From Bacteriovoracia bacterium (GTDB lineage: Bacteria; Bdellovibrionota; UBA1018; CAIPTA01): a stretch of DNA of 64,000 nt. This document shows, piece by piece, positions 18,720 through 27,894 of this stretch. Position 1 is the stretch's first letter, and each line of letters opens with the position of its first letter. The stretch spans positions 1,088,001 through 1,152,000 of the forward strand of contig JBFWVL010000001.1 of NCBI GenBank assembly GCA_050246755.1. Direction: 5' to 3'. The notes below the pieces were generated by a model. That model worked only from the letters and a program-made list of their open reading frames with translations. It had not been told where the DNA came from and searched no databases. The position numbers and the translations under genes were made by a program.

Positions 18720-19568
18720 TTGTCGCAGACAGACAATGCTTTAATCACCGGCTATTCTTCCGAGATCGCCCAGACGATTGCTGAGGCTTTAGCCAAAAAT
18801 GGCTGGCGCGTGTTTGGTCAGAGTCGCAAACCATCCTCTCGTGCCGAAGTTTTCTTGGGGAAATTCACGGATATTCCTCCCGAGTTATTAAATCGCATGA
18901 AGCTCCTCGTGCACGTAGCGGCGCCTACGCCTCGCTCCGAAGGCGAGCTAAGCCCGGCCTATGCACAGTCTCTCGAAGCCAACCGACTCTTCCTCGGGGA
19001 GGTGGGAAAATCTTCGATCCAAACGGCGCTGATGCTTTCCACCTCTTCGGTATATGAAAATGATCCACGTGCGCTGTGGACCGAGGAGCAGCCTTTAAGC
19101 CCGAGCAGTGCTTATGCCATCGCCAAGTTAAAAGCAGAAGAAATGCTCACCGCGCTTCCGCAACGCAGCATTGCTCTGCGTTGCCCTGCAGTGCTGGGGC
19201 GGCATTCCGCTCCCACTTGGCTCTCCGCAGCCATCGAAAAAATCCGAACCCATCAGACGGTGAAAATCCAGAACCCTAGCGCCCTCTATAATCGCTTCGC
19301 GACCGTGGATTTCCTCGGTGAAGCGGTGGCTCAGCTAGCCCGCGCGACCCAAGCGCGGGGTGCCATTAACCTCGCCCCGAAAAATCCAATTCCCTTGCGT
19401 CAAATCACGGAATCGCTTGTGAAAAGGTTTAACTCTCACTCCCATCTAGAGTTTACCGGTAACGATTCCATTCCCGTCATGGACACCACGAAGCTTTCCC
19501 ACTTTTGGGAAGGAGAATTACCCTCCGTTTCTCAAATCCTGACTACGATTCCCACGCCCCATCGCTGA
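18720..19568 (+). CDS. NAD-dependent epimerase/dehydratase (atypical SDR)
   Basis: ITGYSSEIA (degenerate glycine motif), STSSVY, YAIAK catalytic YxxxK. Confidence 0.75.
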   Translation: MSQTDNALITGYSSEIAQTIAEALAKNGWRVFGQSRKPSSRAEVFLGKFTDIPPELLNRMKLLVHVAAPTPRSEGELSPAYAQSLEANRLFLGEVGKSSIQTALMLSTSSVYENDPRALWTEEQPLSPSSAYAIAKLKAEEMLTALPQRSIALRCPAVLGRHSAPTWLSAAIEKIRTHQTVKIQNPSALYNRFATVDFLGEAVAQLARATQARGAINLAPKNPIPLRQITESLVKRFNSHSHLEFTGNDSIPVMDTTKLSHFWEGELPSVSQILTTIPTPHR

Positions 19569-19691
19569 GAAATGGAACGGCTCGCGTCAATCCTTAACTC
19601 AACGAAATGGTTTCAAAAGATAAATAAACAGAGTAATTGTAGGGTTCAATTTAAATTGCAAGCAGACAATAACTCGCGGAGAAATAAGACT

Positions 19692-20729
19692 ATGAAAGAT
19701 TTTTTAAACTCTCAGGAAAATGCAGCCCTGCGCCAAGGCTGGGCGTTTGATGACCGATGGAGCCGAATCGGTTCACCCTATATTTGGGTAGATGGCGATC
19801 GCATGGACAGCATGCTCACGGATCAGTACGCCATGCTTCAATTCCTCTCAATGTACTACGAAAAATACGAAACCCTTGCGGCCCTGAAAACTTCCGACCA
19901 CGATGCAGTCTATAAAAAAGGCGAAGAAACTCTCCGCGGAATGCTGGATTTCTATTTCCCCTTCTTACCCCAAGATAAGCGCGTGAAAAATAATATCGAG
20001 TGCACCGCCCTCACCCGCACCCAAGATTATTGCTTCATTCGTCAGTTCTGTAAGGACCTCGCTGCGAATCCTACCCACTTGGATATCGGCCCGGGCTTAG
20101 GCTCCCACGCCATGTACAGTACCTTCTTCCTTAAGGGCCGCTACCTCGGCTTGGAAGCTAGCAAGTATTCCTACGAAGCCCAGCGCTACTTCTTCCGCCA
20201 TCTCGCGGCTCTCTCGGGCAATACTTATTGCGATCCGATCAGCGCAGAAAAAATCAATGGCTACAATCGTGAAGTGGGCGCGCTCGTGAACGATTCCCGC
20301 TTCAAGATTACTCACGTTCCTTCCTGGTACGCCGAAGACATCAAGAGCCAGACTGTAGATCTCGTGACTGCCACTTGGGTGCTGAACGAAGTTTCTCCCG
20401 CGGGAATTACCTGGCTACTCAGCCACAGTCTGCGTTCCCTAAAAATGGGTGGCTACTTTTATATCCGCGACAGCCATAAGCTAAAGCCAAACCGCCACGC
20501 CGTGAACTATGACGAAATTCTCCAGAAGTACGGCTGTGAACGCGTAAAAGAGTTGGAAGTAACCAACCGCGTGGATATGTTTGGCATCCCGCGCGCGTAC
20601 CAGAAGAAGAAAGAGTTCAATCTCGGATTCGAAGAATTCTTCGACCAGCTCTACGGCCGTTTTGCCATCACCGTACACCAAGGTGAGTACATGCAGAACC
20701 TCAGCACTGCGCCGATCGCGAAGAAATAA
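19692..20729 (+). CDS. Putative SAM-dependent (sugar) methyltransferase
   Basis: HLDIGPGLG motif I, VDLVTATWVLNEV, SLKMGGYFYI. Start at ATG 19692 after an AT-rich spacer. Confidence 0.65.
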   Translation: MKDFLNSQENAALRQGWAFDDRWSRIGSPYIWVDGDRMDSMLTDQYAMLQFLSMYYEKYETLAALKTSDHDAVYKKGEETLRGMLDFYFPFLPQDKRVKNNIECTALTRTQDYCFIRQFCKDLAANPTHLDIGPGLGSHAMYSTFFLKGRYLGLEASKYSYEAQRYFFRHLAALSGNTYCDPISAEKINGYNREVGALVNDSRFKITHVPSWYAEDIKSQTVDLVTATWVLNEVSPAGITWLLSHSLRSLKMGGYFYIRDSHKLKPNRHAVNYDEILQKYGCERVKELEVTNRVDMFGIPRAYQKKKEFNLGFEEFFDQLYGRFAITVHQGEYMQNLSTAPIAKK

Positions 20730-20747
20730 GAAAAGAAAAAGCGAACC

Positions 20748-21938
20748 CTAGGCTAAAAACCAGGGATTCGCCTTTGCATAACCGATCCCAATACGACAAC
20801 GGCTTGGAACTTCCAGGCCGTTTTTTTTCATAATTTGGGCAAAGCGTTCTCGAACCGCAAGAGCTTCGTCATCCAGGTTCTGCCCACCAAAACATTCCTG
20901 AAAGGCATCTAGGGCAAACTGCCGGATCTCTTCGTCCGTATTGTTTACTACCCTGAAACCCCGGTCACTCTCGCTGAAATAGTATCCTATGCCGGCATCG
21001 AAAATCTGCTGTAGACTGAGCGGAGTGCCGTCCTCCCTAGTGATTTTCTTGGGAATAAAAAAATCGAAAACTCCTTGGCAAGCATGCCCAATGGGAATGA
21101 AGTTGGCGCGAAAAACGGGCTTACGAAATGTTACCGGCACGGTATCTATGCCCGAAACGCTCGATAGACAAAACTCACAGTGGGCGGTGAGGAAAATATC
21201 GAGCATATCGCTCTTCAGATCGGAAGAGGCATAGTCGATCACAAGGGGATTCTTAGCGCCGAGCGAACCTTTCACCACCTTGCCGAGCCTTACGGCATAG
21301 AGCCCGTGACTTTCCACCAGATCGATCACGGCCGGCAGGTAGGTGCTGATTTCCACGTTCCGGAAATTATACTTTAGATCGGTCTTATCTTCCTTGGCGG
21401 AAAATTCTTTGTGGTTTTGGAGTAACCAAGATTTATAGGCATTATCGCGCCCGTGAAAGATAAAAAACTTAGCGTTTTTAGGTAGACCAATCTCAGCTAG
21501 AACCTCACGGCACCGCTCTTGATCCGCTTTTGGCATTGCAATGGCGATGGGAGAGCTCCAAAGGGTTTGCTCAAGGTGCACCCCACCCCTTGCCTCGGCG
21601 AGCCGGAATTTTAAATGAGCGAGCTCTTTATTAGAGGAGCAGAAGGCGTAGAGACGAGAAAAGAATCCGGTGAAAAATCTCGGCATGATCATCACGCGTT
21701 TCTTCCACAGGCTCAGGAGATATTTGTTACTCACCACCGCGGAACGAAAAAAAATTGGGTACGGCTGCTTTTCGTGAGAATGCAAGAATTTATAGGAGGC
21801 CCAGTAGTCGAGGTTAGTGGTAAAATCGCCAATCACGCCTGCACGCACGTATACCAGCTGAAACGGAAAAATCTTCGCAATCCCAAGTAGTACGGCTGCC
21901 ACTGACCTTTTTGCGATTTTTTTCACTATTGTCATCAA
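20748..21938 (-). CDS. TIGR04372-family putative glycosyltransferase
   Basis: HGRD..Y, FRN, VRLG, IDYA...SDMLDIFL...CEF...SGI pattern of this family. Confidence 0.75.
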   Translation of the reverse strand: MMTIVKKIAKRSVAAVLLGIAKIFPFQLVYVRAGVIGDFTTNLDYWASYKFLHSHEKQPYPIFFRSAVVSNKYLLSLWKKRVMIMPRFFTGFFSRLYAFCSSNKELAHLKFRLAEARGGVHLEQTLWSSPIAIAMPKADQERCREVLAEIGLPKNAKFFIFHGRDNAYKSWLLQNHKEFSAKEDKTDLKYNFRNVEISTYLPAVIDLVESHGLYAVRLGKVVKGSLGAKNPLVIDYASSDLKSDMLDIFLTAHCEFCLSSVSGIDTVPVTFRKPVFRANFIPIGHACQGVFDFFIPKKITREDGTPLSLQQIFDAGIGYYFSESDRGFRVVNNTDEEIRQFALDAFQECFGGQNLDDEALAVRERFAQIMKKNGLEVPSRCRIGIGYAKANPWFLA

Positions 21939-21940
21939 TC

Positions 21941-22993
21941 TTAGAAGGGCCCTTTGAACCAGTTACCGGGAACGTCGTGGGGACCGTCTTTTTTCGGCGG
22001 AAGCTCGCCCGCACTCACGCCCATGAGTGCGGCGCAAGCTTGGAAGATTTCCCGCGCTTCGGGATAGAAGCCGGCGGTTAAGGCCGGGCTCGTGGGAACC
22101 GGATGATCCGGGAGGCAAAGGCGTTTCGGCGCGGCCTTCAGCGAAGAGAAGAGCTCGCAGCTCATCTTGGCGATGATCTCTCCGGCCACCGAACAGGTTT
22201 CGTGGGATGTATCGAGCACGAGCAAACGGCCGGTTTTCTTTACCGACTGCGCGATCATGGGCCAGTCGATGGGATTGATACTGCGAAGATCGATGAGGTC
22301 TACGCTGATCCCCTTTTTCTCCAGGAAGCTCAAAGCGTGGATGGCCTCAATCGTCATGTACGACATCGAAACTACCGTAACGTCTTTCCCCTCGGAAATT
22401 TTCTGCGCCTTGCCGAGTGGCAAGCGGAAATCGCCTTCGGGAACGTGGCTAATCGACTCATGAAGCCAGCGGTGCTCGAGGAAAATCACGGGATCTGGAT
22501 CAAAGATACTTTCGAGCAGTAAGCCCTTGGCATCGGCCGGCGTGGTGGGCATCACCACTTTTAGCCCAGGAATATGGGCGAACCAGGATTGCAGAGATTG
22601 CGAATGCGTAGGTCCCTGTCCCCAGCCGCGGCCGAGAATCATCCGGATAGTGATCGGCACGGAAGATTTTCCCCCAAACATATACTGCCACTTGGCGGCG
22701 TTATTCACGATTTGGTCGAGGGATAGCAGAGCAAAATCGAGGCGCTGATGCGTAAGAACCGAAGGGCAGCCACCGATCGCCGCACCGATTCCTATGCCGG
22801 TCATGGCGTTCTCGGCGGTGGGCATATCGAACACGCGATCGCCGCCATGCTTTTCTTTCAAGCCTAGGGTAGTGCCGAATACGCCCTTAGGATCGTCTGT
22901 GCCGAGGCCATAGACGAATACGTTTTTGTCGATCGTCATCGCGGTGTCGAGGGCCTCGCGGATGGCGGAAGCGAAAGAAATATTCCGGCTCAT
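21941..22993 (-). CDS. TPP-dependent dehydrogenase E1 beta-like subunit
   Basis: RVFDMPTAEN, DQIVNNAAK, GPTHSQ, PGLKVV, DPVIFLEHRWL. Confidence 0.9.
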   Translation of the reverse strand: MSRNISFASAIREALDTAMTIDKNVFVYGLGTDDPKGVFGTTLGLKEKHGGDRVFDMPTAENAMTGIGIGAAIGGCPSVLTHQRLDFALLSLDQIVNNAAKWQYMFGGKSSVPITIRMILGRGWGQGPTHSQSLQSWFAHIPGLKVVMPTTPADAKGLLLESIFDPDPVIFLEHRWLHESISHVPEGDFRLPLGKAQKISEGKDVTVVSMSYMTIEAIHALSFLEKKGISVDLIDLRSINPIDWPMIAQSVKKTGRLLVLDTSHETCSVAGEIIAKMSCELFSSLKAAPKRLCLPDHPVPTSPALTAGFYPEAREIFQACAALMGVSAGELPPKKDGPHDVPGNWFKGPF

Positions 22994-23970
22994 GCTTTCA
23001 CCGCCTTCGCATACACCGAGTCGGTACGCTCTCCGGCATTAGGAAAAGGAGCCGCTTCGGCGTAACTAAAGGCATCGTTTACTTCCTTTTCGATTTCTTT
23101 GGTGCGGGCGGCAATAGCATCCGCGGTAATTTTCTTGGCGGCCAACAGCTGCTGGGTGAAGAGTTCGATCGGGTCACGGACTTTCCAATCGGAAAACTCG
23201 CTCTCTGTGCGATAACCGATATGGTTGTCGTAGTTAGGCCCGCAGTGTTCACGCCAGCGGTAGGTAAAAAACTCGAGGAATTGGGGGCCGGAACCAGCAC
23301 GAATTTTTCTTACGGCCTCGGAAGTGGCGTTATAGACGGCCATTACGTCGTTGCCGTCTCCCGAAGAAGCCGGGCACCCCATCGCGGCCACCATTTCCGA
23401 AATTTTTCGGTCTTTGGGCTGCCGAACCGAAAGCGGCGAATAGACGGAGTAAAAGTTATTTTCGCAGAGAAAAAGCACCGGCAATTTTTTCAGCACGGCG
23501 AAGTTGGTGGCCTCGTAGAAAGCCCCCTCTTCCACGGCGCCGTCGCCCAAGAACACGCAGGCCACGCGATCGTTCTTTTTCAGCTTCATCGAAAGCCCTA
23601 GGCCTACTCCTACCGGAATGGTGCCGCCCACGATGGCGGTACTTCCCATGAAACCAACCGATTCATCGATGAGGTGCATGGATCCACCCTTGCCGCTAGA
23701 ACAGCCGACGGCTTTCCCGTAGATTTCGGCGAGCATCCCTTTCAGGGAGCCGCCCTTGCCCAGGTAATGGGTATGGGCACGGTGGCCACTAACGGCGAGG
23801 TCCGTGTGCTCCAAGCAAGCGCCCACCGCCGCCGACACCGCCTCTTGACCGGTAGAAAGGTGCACGGGACAGCGCATTTTTTGCTCTTGGTAGCGGCAGG
23901 CGATCGTTTCTTCCACGATCCGCAAACGCAGCATTCGCGACAGGAGATCTTGCTCTAAGGAATGAACCAA
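22990..23970 (-). CDS. TPP-dependent dehydrogenase E1 alpha-like subunit
   Basis: HLSTGQEA, GKGGSMH, TPP motif GDGAVEEG...CENN. Confidence 0.9.
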   Translation of the reverse strand: MVHSLEQDLLSRMLRLRIVEETIACRYQEQKMRCPVHLSTGQEAVSAAVGACLEHTDLAVSGHRAHTHYLGKGGSLKGMLAEIYGKAVGCSSGKGGSMHLIDESVGFMGSTAIVGGTIPVGVGLGLSMKLKKNDRVACVFLGDGAVEEGAFYEATNFAVLKKLPVLFLCENNFYSVYSPLSVRQPKDRKISEMVAAMGCPASSGDGNDVMAVYNATSEAVRKIRAGSGPQFLEFFTYRWREHCGPNYDNHIGYRTESEFSDWKVRDPIELFTQQLLAAKKITADAIAARTKEIEKEVNDAFSYAEAAPFPNAGERTDSVYAKAVKA

Positions 23971-24614
23971 AAATAATCTCCCGTATAGCCGACTTCTTTA
24001 AAAAACTTGATCCAGTCGTCTACGCTCATGATGGTTTTAGCCGTTAGGTTCCAAGCCCACATCCGGCGTTCTTCTTCGGGATTACGAAATGCGTCTACCG
24101 TGATGAAACTTTTTCCACGGCTCACACGTTCAATTTCCTGAAGAGCTTGGCCACACTCGGCACGCTCGAGATTGTGAATAGTATTAATGGAGATCACTAC
24201 GTCGAAAGATTTATCGGGAAAGGGAAGCTGGCGGGCATCGGCCACCGACATATGAGGGCGCATGTCTTCCATCCCATTTTCAATCGCGTAGCGAGAAATG
24301 TCGATCCCCTTTACGGTGATGCCGGGAATCTTCTCGGCAAAATCGTGCATCATGAAACCCTTGGCGCACCCTACGTCGAGCACAGAAGACTTCGACGTCA
24401 GGCCAAAATGCTTCTGGAACGCCGGCACCGTGGGCTGCCAAAAGCGCGGATTATACCCGAAGCCTCCATAGCCGGTTTTGCGGTCTCCGTCGAAAAATTC
24501 CTTGTCGAAGCGACGCGCGATCGCACGATCTTCATCGGTCTTCTGCGCGGCACGCTCATCCACGTTTCGTTTCGTGCGGGGATATTCGGCTAACAAATCG
24601 ATTTCGATTCCCAT
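23955..24614 (-). CDS. Class I SAM-dependent methyltransferase
   Basis: VLDVGCAKG, LPFPDKSFDVVISINTIHN. Confidence 0.88.
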   Translation of the reverse strand: MGIEIDLLAEYPRTKRNVDERAAQKTDEDRAIARRFDKEFFDGDRKTGYGGFGYNPRFWQPTVPAFQKHFGLTSKSSVLDVGCAKGFMMHDFAEKIPGITVKGIDISRYAIENGMEDMRPHMSVADARQLPFPDKSFDVVISINTIHNLERAECGQALQEIERVSRGKSFITVDAFRNPEEERRMWAWNLTAKTIMSVDDWIKFFKEVGYTGDYFWFIP

Positions 24615-24617
24615 TCT

Positions 24618-25670
24618 TTACCTCGAGAGAAAGCGGTAAGGAGCCGCCGAGCGGTCCATCTTCATCATTTTCATATTGTAGTACTCATCGGCGTCGATGT
24701 CCCTGAAAGCTCCGCTCTCGAGCGCCTTACGCAAGTTCAATACTTCCTGGCGGATCGAGCTCACGGGCTTGTATTTCAAAACTTCGAGAATCTTCGCCGA
24801 AGAGATGTGATAGTCACGGTTATCGGTGGTGGCGGTAACCTTGATGTCGATCTGCTTGTCTTCCAGAACTTTGCGGATCGTTTGTGCGATCTCGATTACC
24901 TTGAGATTTTCGAAACCGAAATTGAACGTACGGCCGTTGATCAAATCGGCTGAAGCATCGAGCAATAAGCCGTAGAGATTGACCATGTCGGTCATACCCA
25001 CGTTCGGCCGGCGTTGTTCTCCGCCATGAACCGTGATCAAGTTCTTCTTCACGGCATCGGCGGTGAGCTTATTCACGGTGAGATCGAAACGCTGACGAGC
25101 GGAATATCCGCAGATGGTAGCCGGACGGATATTCACCGTGCAAAAATCGGGCGCGCTCGCCGAAACCACCAGCCACTCGGAAAGCATTTTGTACTTCGAA
25201 TAGAACGTAATGGGTTCCGGTTCCAGCGCCTCGCTTACATCTGGATCTTTTTTAATTCCGAAAACGCTGCTGGAACTGGCGTTGATAAAACGCTTTACGC
25301 CGCTTTTCTTCGCGTGGGAGAGTAAAAGGCCGACGGCGTCGAAATTATTCTGGCGCGTGATTACTTCGTCCACTTCTCCCGTGGGATCATTCGAGATGGC
25401 GGCTAAGTGAATTACCGAGTCCATGGATTTCATCGCGCGCTCGGCCACAGCCGGATCGCGCATGTCTTCTTTCAAGAACTCGAAACGGTCTTTGTACTTC
25501 GCCCAATCAGGAGATTTTTTCAGCGCCTCCACCCCGGCCTCACCATAGAGACAGAGATCGAGCACACGCACGAAATGGCCTTGCTCGAGCAGGTGAGGCG
25601 TGAGGCGGCTGCCCACGTAACCGAAACCTCCGGTAACGAGAACCCTTTTAGGGCTTGTGGATATAGTCAT
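24618..25670 (-). CDS. NAD-dependent sugar-nucleotide epimerase/dehydratase (extended SDR)
   Basis: TGGFGYVG, HLAAISNDP, SSSSVFG, YSKYK. Confidence 0.88.
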   Translation of the reverse strand: MTISTSPKRVLVTGGFGYVGSRLTPHLLEQGHFVRVLDLCLYGEAGVEALKKSPDWAKYKDRFEFLKEDMRDPAVAERAMKSMDSVIHLAAISNDPTGEVDEVITRQNNFDAVGLLLSHAKKSGVKRFINASSSSVFGIKKDPDVSEALEPEPITFYSKYKMLSEWLVVSASAPDFCTVNIRPATICGYSARQRFDLTVNKLTADAVKKNLITVHGGEQRRPNVGMTDMVNLYGLLLDASADLINGRTFNFGFENLKVIEIAQTIRKVLEDKQIDIKVTATTDNRDYHISSAKILEVLKYKPVSSIRQEVLNLRKALESGAFRDIDADEYYNMKMMKMDRSAAPYRFLSR

Positions 25671-26643
25671 GCGGCACGCTCCTCAGTTCATTCAAATTTC
25701 TGTCTATCCAGGCAAGGGTTTCTTCCAGCCCCTGATCCAATCCAATCTTTGCTTTCCAGCCTAGCTCCGTTTCGGCCTTGCGGCTGCTCAGCAGGTAAGC
25801 GGCGTCTTTTCCGGGACGGTCTCCCACCACCTCTACCGCCTCGGAGAAAGGAACTTTCATGCGTACGCAAATTTTCTCGACGAGCTCGCGGATGGAAATT
25901 TGCAGCGGAGTAGAGAAATGGAAACAGGCGGGCGGCTGACCCTCGAGAGTGGCGCGCCAGGTGCCTTCGGCCACATCGCGGATATGAATGAAGCTGCGCA
26001 CCGAGTGTCCGCCCCCATGGAGCTGGATTTTCTTTCCGAGGCGGATATAAAGCATCGTGCGGGGGATAATTCGGTAGAGCTGCTGGCCGGGACCGTAGAC
26101 ATTCGCCGCGCGCGTAAAAACTACGGGGAATCCGTAGTTTTTCTGGAAGCTCAGCAGGCTCATATCGGCGGCCGCGCGGGACACGGCGTAGGGAGTACTA
26201 GGATTGAAGCGGAAATCCTCTTCCACGAGCCCACTGCAGCTGCCGTACACTTCCGGAGTGGAAATATGCACGTATTTCTTAAGCGAGGGAAGCTTGCGCA
26301 ACCGATCGTGCATTTTCACGTTCGCCACCACGTTGGTCTCAAACCAGTGCTCGGGGTTCGTCCAGCTCTCGGCCACCATGCTCTGCGCGGCGAAGTTTAC
26401 GAAATACTCCACGCGCTCACCGGCGCAAATATCAATAAGCTTTGTTAGGTCGTGATTGATGTCGGTTTGGACAAATTTAAATTTATTTAGGTTCGGATTG
26501 TTCTTGTAAGGAAGAAACGCCGCGTGCGGCTCGGGCGAGCGGCTGGTGCCGATTACGCTCAGGCCCCGAGAAAGCAGATAATCTACGAATGCGGCCCCGG
26601 AGAAGGAATTGCTCCCGAGCACAAGAATCGGAGCCGAAGTCAT
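25648..26643 (-). CDS. NDP-sugar 4,6-dehydratase-like SDR
   Basis: FAAQSMV..SW, STPEVYG, PSTPYAVSR, RAANVYGPGQ, RSFIH. Confidence 0.85.
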   Translation of the reverse strand: MTSAPILVLGSNSFSGAAFVDYLLSRGLSVIGTSRSPEPHAAFLPYKNNPNLNKFKFVQTDINHDLTKLIDICAGERVEYFVNFAAQSMVAESWTNPEHWFETNVVANVKMHDRLRKLPSLKKYVHISTPEVYGSCSGLVEEDFRFNPSTPYAVSRAAADMSLLSFQKNYGFPVVFTRAANVYGPGQQLYRIIPRTMLYIRLGKKIQLHGGGHSVRSFIHIRDVAEGTWRATLEGQPPACFHFSTPLQISIRELVEKICVRMKVPFSEAVEVVGDRPGKDAAYLLSSRKAETELGWKAKIGLDQGLEETLAWIDRNLNELRSVPHDYIHKP

Positions 26644-26742
26644 CAGTGCCTCTGAACCCCGTTAAAAAACCGAGGCAAATCCAAGTCTTTCGCGTCTCGG
26701 CCAAATACCCGCTGGTTGCGAGCGAAAAATAGCTGTGATACG

Positions 26743-26761
26743 TCTTTGTAACCGACAAAGA
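26743..26761. promoter_or_regulatory. Perfect 7-5-7 inverted repeat in divergent promoter region
   Basis: TCTTTGT-AACCG-ACAAAGA between divergently transcribed operons. Confidence 0.3.
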
Positions 26762-26823
26762 ACCACGAACTTGGCATGGGGCCAGGCTAGCATCATGAAT
26801 TTCTTCCAGCAAGGCATTTAGTT

Positions 26824-27894
26824 ATGCGCGCGGCCGTCTTAAAACAGCTAAATTCCGATCTCGCCATCCTCGAAAATATCCAAATTCCCGAGTTAAAAAA
26901 CGGCCAAGTTTTGGTCAAAATCGCCTACAGCGGAATATGCCATAGCCAGCTCATGGAAGTGCGAGGCCTTCGCGGCGAAGACAAGTACCTCCCTCATTTA
27001 CTCGGGCACGAAGGCACCGGCACGGTAACCGCGATCGGGGCGGGTGTTACGAAGGTGAAACCTGGGGACAAAGTGGTTTTGAGTTGGATTAAGGGCAAAG
27101 GAATCGAAGCCGGCGGCAGCGTCTACGCTCACGCCGCAATGAACAAAATTAACGCAGGGGGTGTTACGACGCTCTCCGACTGGAGCGTGGTTTCCGAGAA
27201 CCGCGTCACTCCACTACCCGAAGGAGTGCCGATGGATATCGGTGCCCTTTTTGGGTGTGCGGTACTCACGGGCGCCGGTATCGTGAAGAACGCCCTGCAG
27301 CCAAAATCGGGAAGCTCCATCGTGCTGCTCGGCTTGGGCGGCATCGGCATGAGCGCACTGATGGCCACCCATCTTTTCGAGTGCAAGACCATCATTGCCG
27401 CCGACATCAACGACTCTAAACTTTCCCTCGCCAAAGAACTTGGCGCCACCCATACGGTAAATACCTCCCGCGAGGATTTGCTGAAAACCGTGATGGAAAT
27501 TACGAAAGGCGCGGGTACGGACTATGGATTCGAGGCCGCCGGCCGAAAGGATACGATCGAGCTCGCTTTCGCCTGCATCAAACGGTTCGGCGGCAAACTC
27601 GTATTCGCCTCCCATCCGGAACAGGGCGCAAAAATTGAAATCGATCCCTATGATCTTATCTGCGGAAAACAAATCGTGGGTTCCTGGGGCGGAAGCTCGA
27701 ATCCGGATGAAGACATTCCGGCGTTTGCGAAGCTTTATCTCGCGGGCAAGCTACCGCTCGAAAAGCTCATGGACCGCCGCTACTCCCTCGACGAAGTGAA
27801 CGTGGCGTTAAACAGCATGGAAAATAACCAGGCGATGCGCCCTATCGTTTCCTTTGACGAAACGCAAGACGGCGGAGGCAAGCATGGCCGATGA
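26824..27894 (+). CDS. Zinc-binding alcohol dehydrogenase (MDR family)
   Basis: GICHS, LGHEG catalytic Zn motif, GLGGIG; lacks the structural Zn four-Cys cluster. Confidence 0.88.
   Translation: MRAAVLKQLNSDLAILENIQIPELKNGQVLVKIAYSGICHSQLMEVRGLRGEDKYLPHLLGHEGTGTVTAIGAGVTKVKPGDKVVLSWIKGKGIEAGGSVYAHAAMNKINAGGVTTLSDWSVVSENRVTPLPEGVPMDIGALFGCAVLTGAGIVKNALQPKSGSSIVLLGLGGIGMSALMATHLFECKTIIAADINDSKLSLAKELGATHTVNTSREDLLKTVMEITKGAGTDYGFEAAGRKDTIELAFACIKRFGGKLVFASHPEQGAKIEIDPYDLICGKQIVGSWGGSSNPDEDIPAFAKLYLAGKLPLEKLMDRRYSLDEVNVALNSMENNQAMRPIVSFDETQDGGGKHGR

Noticed and set aside
330-20830. A/T homopolymers of 8-9 nt in glycan genes (e.g. 330-338, 847-854, 5838-5846, 11326-11333, 20821-20828) as phase-variation tracts
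   Set aside because: All genes are in frame, the runs are short A/T tracts encoding Lys/Phe, and an equally long C run occurs in the Omp85 gene (62831-62838).
21941-23970. Housekeeping pyruvate dehydrogenase
   Set aside because: No E2 or E3 gene nearby, and the pair is embedded in a sugar-nucleotide operon.
26771-26790. Sigma-54 promoter TTGGCATGGGGCCAGGC
   Set aside because: GG-to-GC spacing is off by one and the -12 element is not TTGC.
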